The notes under the pieces were generated by a model. It was not told the origin of the DNA. It made no database searches and saw nothing but the letters and a program-made list of their open reading frames with translations. 64,000 nucleotides of DNA from Candidatus Paceibacter sp. (GTDB taxonomy: Bacteria; Patescibacteriota; Minisyncoccia; Phycocordibacterales; GCA-2747955): the NCBI GenBank assembly GCA_014237915.1, contig JABACC010000013.1:568-64567 (forward strand), given 5' to 3'. Made by a program: the position numbers and the translations under genes. Shown piece after piece: positions 58,591 through 64,000 of this stretch (its first letter is position 1; every line of letters starts with the position of its first letter).

Positions 58591-59490
58591 TTATTTTTTA
58601 TTTTTTAAAATATCTAAACCTTTTTCGATAATAAAAAGAGCATCTTTATAAATCTTGTCTTTTGGAATTTTGTCTATATCAAACCAAGCAAAATCTTTTA
58701 TTCCTTTATTTTCTTTTGGAATTTTATGATTATCTGGATTTGAAACTTCAAAAAGAAAATATTCAATATCTTTGTTTAAAATTTTATCTTTATCTTCATC
58801 AGCTTTATAAATATTTTCACCAATTTTTTCTTTAACAGCTCCTGAAAGATTTGTTTTATCTTTTATTATTGCAGCCAAAGATTCATCTCCTTCTAAAAAC
58901 TCTTCTGGTGTTCCTTTTGGCATTGTCCATTTTTTAAAAATATTAAAAATTAAACCAATTTTGATATTTCCATCCTCGTCTTTGTAATAAAGCAGGGCTC
59001 CTTTTTTTGAAATTTTAACTTTTTCTTTTTTCTCTTGAAGCTTTTTATCTTTTTCTTTAGCTCCGCTTTCTTCATAAATTGTTCCCAAAACTCCTGAAAT
59101 AAATTTATAAGAATTTTTAGAACCATAAGTTTTAGCAATTTCTATGGCCTCATTTATAGCTACTCTTGGTGGAACTTTTGTATCTTCTTCTGAAAATAAA
59201 ACTTCATAAATTCCCATTCTCAAAATATTTCTATCAACAGGAGAAATTTTTTCAAGCGGCCAAGAAGGTGCGGCTTTTACAATAATCTCATCGATAACAC
59301 TTTGTTTTTTTATAATTCCTTCAAAAACTTTTAAAGAAAAATTGTCTTCTTCGTTTTCTTCTGAATAAAAATTTTCCAAAATATACTGATAAAATTCTTT
59401 TGGTTTTTCAAAAATATTTCTTTCTTTTGATAAATCAAAGAAAAAAAGAGATTGAGCTATTATTTGCCTTGCAGTGTGTCTATTTATCAT
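58591..59490 (-). CDS. nusB: Transcription antitermination factor NusB fused to a NUDIX-like domain
   Basis: NRH.AR...Q.LF, W...I..VDRNILR, P.VAINEAIEIAK.YG; C-terminal WT.PKG with a degenerate NUDIX box. Confidence 0.9.
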   Translation of the reverse strand: MINRHTARQIIAQSLFFFDLSKERNIFEKPKEFYQYILENFYSEENEEDNFSLKVFEGIIKKQSVIDEIIVKAAPSWPLEKISPVDRNILRMGIYEVLFSEEDTKVPPRVAINEAIEIAKTYGSKNSYKFISGVLGTIYEESGAKEKDKKLQEKKEKVKISKKGALLYYKDEDGNIKIGLIFNIFKKWTMPKGTPEEFLEGDESLAAIIKDKTNLSGAVKEKIGENIYKADEDKDKILNKDIEYFLFEVSNPDNHKIPKENKGIKDFAWFDIDKIPKDKIYKDALFIIEKGLDILKNKK

Positions 59491-59522
59491 TTTGTAAAAA
59501 TTTTATAAAAAAAATAAAATTA

Positions 59523-59855
59523 TTAAACTTTATTTCTTCTAGTTTCTTTTGCAGTATCTTTTTTTGAATTGTAGTTTTCTACTCCTGAGTTTTTTTCAAG
59601 TGTTGTCTCCATTTGAGGTACTTTATTTTCATCTTTTGAAATTTCTTTGTTTTCAACTTTGGCTTTACTGGCTTTTTCTTTTTTCCCAACTTCTAAGATT
59701 TTTTTACCTTTGTAAAAGCCGCATTCAAGACAAATTCTATGTCTTTTAAAAAATTCCCCACAATTAGAACACAATGAAAGTCTTGGTGCTTTCAAAGCGT
59801 GGTGTGACCTACGGTTTCCCGTGTGTCTTTTAGTTACTCTCATTCTACTACTCAT
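59523..59855 (-). CDS. rpmF: 50S ribosomal protein L32 with charged C-terminal extension
   Basis: RRSH.AL, C.NCG....HR.C..CG.YKG. Confidence 0.92.
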   Translation of the reverse strand: MSSRMRVTKRHTGNRRSHHALKAPRLSLCSNCGEFFKRHRICLECGFYKGKKILEVGKKEKASKAKVENKEISKDENKVPQMETTLEKNSGVENYNSKKDTAKETRRNKV

Positions 59856-59896
59856 ATAGTTTGCAATTATATATAAAAAAAAACTTTTTGCAAAAT

Positions 59897-61324
59897 TTAT
59901 TTTTGCGCTAATTCTTGTCCGTTTTCTGTGTCTTTTACTAAAAAACCGAGTTTTAAAATTTTGTCTCTTAATTCGTCTGATTTTTGAAAATCTTTTTCTT
60001 TTTTAGCTTCTTCTCTTTGATTTAAAAGCTCCTCGACTTGTTTTGGAATTTTTAAATCTTCTTTTTTTTTAATTTCTTTTTTTTCAAAAATTCCTAAAAC
60101 TCGATTGAAATCTAAAAGTGTTGCTTTTTTGTCTGAATTTTTTAAATCAGAATCTAAAACTTCAAAAAAAATAGCAAGCGCCTCTGGAATATTAAAATCA
60201 TCTGAAATTTTTTCTATAAATTTATTTTTATAATTTTCTGAAATTTCCCCCTCTTCTTTTTCTTCTTCAAATTTCTGAATTTTTGAAATTATTTTTCCCC
60301 TTGCCTTAGCTGAAGATTCAAGGGCTTGCCAGGTAAAATTTTGTTTAGATCTGTAATGAGATTGGGCGAAAAAAAGCCTTAAATCATATGGAGAAAAATT
60401 TTTCTTTTCTATATCTTCAATTAAATAAGAAGTTCCGCTTGATTTTGACATTTTTTTTCCGTCCACTAAAAGATGTTCGTTGTGAAGCCAATAATTTACA
60501 TATTTTTTTTCGTTGGCTGATTCTGATTGAGCAATTTCGTTTGTATGATGAGTTGGGATATGTTCGATTCCACCCATTTTTATATCGAGTGTTTTTCCTA
60601 AAATTTTCAAAGCCATCGCCGAACATTCAAGGTGCCAACCGGGAGATCCGTTTCCATTTTCAACAAGTGGATTTTCAAAAGGTGACGGCCAAAATTGTAA
60701 ATCATTTTTATGATCACCGGTTTTAAAAAACCATAAAGAAAAATCCTCCGGATTTTTCTTCTCCTTATCTAAAATTTTTCCAGAGCCCAAACCTTTTAAA
60801 TTTTTTTCTTTTTTTTGTTTTGAAAGTTCGTAATAATTTTCAAATTTTTGAACATCGAAATAAATGGCCAAAGAAGTTTTGTAAGCAAAACCTTTTTCTA
60901 ATAATTTTTCTATCATTTCAATTTGCTCTTTTATAAAATCGGTTGCTTTTGGAGTTTCTGATGGAAAAATTGTATTTAATTTTTCTAAATCTTCTTCGTA
61001 TTTTTCTATGTGAAAATTTGCAATTTCTTGAGGAGATTTATTTTCTTTTTTTGCTGCTTTTTCCATTCTGTCTTCCCCGCTGTCTGCATCGCCGTCATTA
61101 TCTCCTGATAAATGTCCTACATCTGTATAATTTCTCACAAACAAAACTTCATAATCTAAATAATAAAAAACTCTAACAAAAAAATCAGCTAAAACAACAG
61201 ATCTCATATTTCCAATATGTTGGTTCCAATAAACGGTTGGCCCGCATTGATAAAATTTTACAAGATTTTTTTCTTGAGAAACAAATTCTTCTTTTTTTTT
61301 AGTTAATGTATTTAAAATTTTCAT
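59897..61324 (-). CDS. cysS: Cysteine--tRNA ligase
   Basis: Y.CGPTVY...HIGN, NYTDVGH, PGWHLECSAM, HH.NEIAQS, KMSKS. Confidence 0.97.
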   Translation of the reverse strand: MKILNTLTKKKEEFVSQEKNLVKFYQCGPTVYWNQHIGNMRSVVLADFFVRVFYYLDYEVLFVRNYTDVGHLSGDNDGDADSGEDRMEKAAKKENKSPQEIANFHIEKYEEDLEKLNTIFPSETPKATDFIKEQIEMIEKLLEKGFAYKTSLAIYFDVQKFENYYELSKQKKEKNLKGLGSGKILDKEKKNPEDFSLWFFKTGDHKNDLQFWPSPFENPLVENGNGSPGWHLECSAMALKILGKTLDIKMGGIEHIPTHHTNEIAQSESANEKKYVNYWLHNEHLLVDGKKMSKSSGTSYLIEDIEKKNFSPYDLRLFFAQSHYRSKQNFTWQALESSAKARGKIISKIQKFEEEKEEGEISENYKNKFIEKISDDFNIPEALAIFFEVLDSDLKNSDKKATLLDFNRVLGIFEKKEIKKKEDLKIPKQVEELLNQREEAKKEKDFQKSDELRDKILKLGFLVKDTENGQELAQK

Positions 61325-61363
61325 AAAATTTTTATTGAAAATAAAATTTCAAATTTAGAAAAA

Positions 61364-62434
61364 TTATTTTTTAAGTCCTCGAAGAGCAAGGCCAATTGCT
61401 ACAGAAAAATCTGGGCCTGCTTCTGCTAAAGTATCGTCTAAATAAGCTGGGTTATCTACTCTCGAAAATGGATCGGCTGTTTCAATTGGAATAGAAATTG
61501 ATTTTTTCATAAAAGGTAAAATTCCTTTAAAAATACTTCCGCCGCCTGTTAAAACAAGTAATGGGATATCTTTTGAATAAGTTTTTTGATAATCTAAAAT
61601 ATTTTTTTTAACTTCATTTATAATCCTGCTTAAATCAACCGGAACTTCGGAAAAATTATTAGTTCCCTCTCGTAAAAGTTTTCCTGCAGTACTCCCTATA
61701 TCTCCATTTGCTATTGGTTTTTCTTGTCCATAACTTCCAAAGGTTTTTAACATTTTATGTGAACCAATATTTATGATGTTTGATTTTCTGACTATTCCAC
61801 TTTCAACAACGTAAAATTTTGTCACCGAAGATCCTATGTCAATAATTGCCATAGAATTTTTATCATGTTTTGTTATTGAACGAATAGTAGAAAAAGTTTC
61901 AATTTCCATAAATTTTAATTTAAGACCTGCTCCTTTTGCAATATTATTATATTTTCTTAAAGTATCTTTATGAATTGCTACCACTAAAACATCGAGTTTG
62001 TCTGAATCAGAATTTGAACTTTTTGGTAAAATCGACCAATCAAGCTGAACTTCAGAAATTGGCACTGGAATATATTTTCTTGATTCAAAAGAAATTAACT
62101 CATCTATCTTCGAGGTTTCGACTTTTGGTAATTTCAAGTAAAACATTAAGCTTGATTTTAAGGGAATAGAAAGAGAACAATTTAATGAGTCAACTTGGGA
62201 TTCTCTTAAAAGATCTCTTAGCGCTTCGATATTTTTTTCGTCGTCTAAAACCACTGGATCTCCGATTTCTTTTCCAGCATAAGGAGAAAGGGAAATTTCT
62301 CCAAAAGTATCAAGGTGAGCAACTCCTTTTTTTCGAGAAAGTTGAACTACTTTAATTGATGAAGAGCCAATATCAATTCCCACTATTTTATTTTCATCAT
62401 CTTTTTGAAAAAGATTTTTTAATTTAGACAACAT
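61364..62434 (-). CDS. pilM: Type IV pilus assembly protein PilM
   Basis: VGIDIGSSSIK.V.L, FE..KYIP, IDIG...T, LTGGG, F.VAIGLALR. Confidence 0.92.
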   Translation of the reverse strand: MLSKLKNLFQKDDENKIVGIDIGSSSIKVVQLSRKKGVAHLDTFGEISLSPYAGKEIGDPVVLDDEKNIEALRDLLRESQVDSLNCSLSIPLKSSLMFYLKLPKVETSKIDELISFESRKYIPVPISEVQLDWSILPKSSNSDSDKLDVLVVAIHKDTLRKYNNIAKGAGLKLKFMEIETFSTIRSITKHDKNSMAIIDIGSSVTKFYVVESGIVRKSNIINIGSHKMLKTFGSYGQEKPIANGDIGSTAGKLLREGTNNFSEVPVDLSRIINEVKKNILDYQKTYSKDIPLLVLTGGGSIFKGILPFMKKSISIPIETADPFSRVDNPAYLDDTLAEAGPDFSVAIGLALRGLKK

Positions 62435-62458
62435 AAATTATAATTAAGTTAATTTTAT

Positions 62459-63130
62459 GTGTTAAATTGTAACATAATGATAAATAAAACTAAAAACTCA
62501 GTGAGAAAACTTTTTACTTTTTTATTAAATTTAATTTTTCCAGAAAATAAAATAAAAAAAGAAAAAATTTTAAAAGAAATAAATGAAAAAAATATTTTTT
62601 TAAATGAAAAATTTGAAATTTCTTTTTTTAATTATTCTGAAAATATTTCTAAAATTATTAAAGATTTAAAATTTTACAATAAAAAAGATAACGCTAATTT
62701 TTTAGGAGAAATTTTGTATGAAAATTTAATAAAAATTTTGGAAGATGCAAAAAATTTTCATAATTTTGAAAATCCAAAAATTATTATCGTGCCAATTTCA
62801 AAAAAAAGACTAAGAGAAAGATTTTATAATCAAAACGATTTAATAATAAAATCTTTTTTAAATTTAGGTGGGGGAAAATTTTGCCAGTACGAAAAAAATA
62901 ATTTAATTAAAATTAAAGAAACAATTCCTCAATCAAAAACAAAAAACAGATCAGAAAGATTAAAAAATGTAAAAGGAAGTTTTTCTCTTAAAGATCCAGA
63001 AAAAATAAAAAATCAAAATATAATTTTATTTGATGATATAAAAACAAGTGGGGCAACTTTAGCAGAATGTGAAAAAATTTTAAAAAAAGCAAAAATTAAA
63101 AAAATTCTAAAAATAACTCTTACTTCTTAA
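62459..63130 (+). CDS. comF: ComF-family phosphoribosyltransferase-like competence protein (start may be 62477)
   Basis: LKF, VP....R.RER.YNQ, Q......R..NV..SF, LFDDI.TSGATL. Confidence 0.88.
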   Translation: MLNCNIMINKTKNSVRKLFTFLLNLIFPENKIKKEKILKEINEKNIFLNEKFEISFFNYSENISKIIKDLKFYNKKDNANFLGEILYENLIKILEDAKNFHNFENPKIIIVPISKKRLRERFYNQNDLIIKSFLNLGGGKFCQYEKNNLIKIKETIPQSKTKNRSERLKNVKGSFSLKDPEKIKNQNIILFDDIKTSGATLAECEKILKKAKIKKILKITLTS

Positions 63131-63132
63131 AT

Positions 63133-63849
63133 TTATTTTTTAAGCCTGCAAATAAAAAAAGGAGTTGACTGATTGTCTTGCCCCATCGGGTTGTCTTTTA
63201 TTAATTTTTTTAAAAAAGAAACTTCTTTTTTATTTTTTGTACTTAAAATATTTACCCCAATATCGTTGGCATCAACAACGAAAAATTTAATTTTTTTGTT
63301 ATATTTTTGTTTAAAAAAATTTTCAGCTTCCAGAGAAAATTTTTTAGAATTTTGTGGAATTAAACTAGCAAACTCATTGTATGGTGGAATTGTATTTTCT
63401 GTTGGCCCATCAATTCCTCGTACTTTTTCTCCTGCTAAAATATAAAAAGCTCCCTTGATTTTAAAAATTTTAAATATTACAGAAAAAAAAGAAGCAGATA
63501 AAATTCTTAAAATTCCAACTTCGTTTATAGCAAGTTGCATCGTTTGCGGCACAGAAAGTCCAATTCCTGCTTTTGTTTTTTTTACATATTTCGATAAAAA
63601 TTTAGCCCAAAAACCAAATTTAATTTCAGAAAACTTAAAAGATCTTTTTTGAACAATTGCCAAAACAGATTCTGCTAAAATTACAATGTCTTCGTCTTTT
63701 AAAAAATTTTTTGTTTCTTTTTCTAAAATTTCTAAAAGATTGTCATTTTCAAAAATTGTTTGAGTTTTTACTGGAAACCTCAGAAACTTTTTTCCATTAA
63801 TTTTAACTTCTAGGTTTTTTCCCAAATTTGGTTCTTTTAAAACTGGCAT
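63133..63849 (-). CDS. Coenzyme F420-0:gamma-glutamyl ligase (CofE)-like protein
   Basis: P.KT, D.V...E...AI.Q.R, AG...R.IDG, VVDANDIG, DNP.GQ..Q.TP. Confidence 0.8.
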   Translation of the reverse strand: MPVLKEPNLGKNLEVKINGKKFLRFPVKTQTIFENDNLLEILEKETKNFLKDEDIVILAESVLAIVQKRSFKFSEIKFGFWAKFLSKYVKKTKAGIGLSVPQTMQLAINEVGILRILSASFFSVIFKIFKIKGAFYILAGEKVRGIDGPTENTIPPYNEFASLIPQNSKKFSLEAENFFKQKYNKKIKFFVVDANDIGVNILSTKNKKEVSFLKKLIKDNPMGQDNQSTPFFICRLKK

Positions 63850-63891
63850 ATTAATTTTAATTTTAACACTTAATAGAAAAAACGAGATAAG

Positions 63892-63932
63892 AAAAAATGC
63901 CGAAAATGGCAAAGCCATTTTCGGCATTTTTT
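63892..63932. repeat. Long hairpin AAAAAATGCCGAAAATGGC-AAA-GCCATTTTCGGCATTTTTT (terminator-like)
   Basis: 19-bp perfect stem with a C-AAA-G triloop. Confidence 0.7.
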
Positions 63933-64000
63933 TAAAAAGACTCCTCTCTTATTTTCTTAAAGACAACTTTTCTGAAAGTTTGTCCCAAGATTCTAAATCT

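Noticed and set aside
315-63652. Many short or antisense ORFs in the six-frame track
   Set aside because: Shadows of well-identified genes, with Phe/Leu/Lys/Ile-rich low-complexity translations expected from AT-rich DNA
1-64000. Genetic code 25 (Gracilibacteria/Absconditabacteria) suggested by the very low GC
   Set aside because: Long conserved genes are intact under code 11 and TGA acts as a stop, for example at 48575

Overview
Very AT-rich bacterial chromosome segment, standard genetic code, most consistent with a Patescibacteria (CPR, Parcubacteria-like) genome. Support: no rpmD/L30 between rpsE and rplO, short AlaRS, GluRS, L13 and ATP synthase epsilon, a NusB-NUDIX fusion, pilM/comF and a giant modular surface protein. 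Most of the window is housekeeping: aminoacyl-tRNA synthetases, gatCA, dnaB, recR, uvrB, rpoABC, clpB, split spc/alpha ribosomal clusters and murE/murF/ddl. Genes are mainly on + before ~29.9 kb and on - after it, and a 28-bp dif-like palindrome sits at the switch. The unexplained signals are mostly non-coding. (1) About 14 GC-rich hairpins with C-(GNA/AAA)-G triloops in two sequence families; one lies in frame inside rnhB and an inverted pair brackets a doubly frameshifted gene between khpA and trmD. (2) Two apparently stand-alone structured RNAs with their own promoter and terminator: a five-hairpin array upstream of rpoB and a ~180-nt RNA upstream of a PD-(D/E)xK-like gene. (3) A promoter pattern with a 16-bp spacer and many apparently leaderless genes. 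(4) A GC-richer gene for an outer-membrane beta-barrel-like protein in a lineage not known to have an outer membrane. I saw no tRNA, rRNA, CRISPR array, integrase or transposase. All family assignments come from motif recognition by eye, not from database searches.
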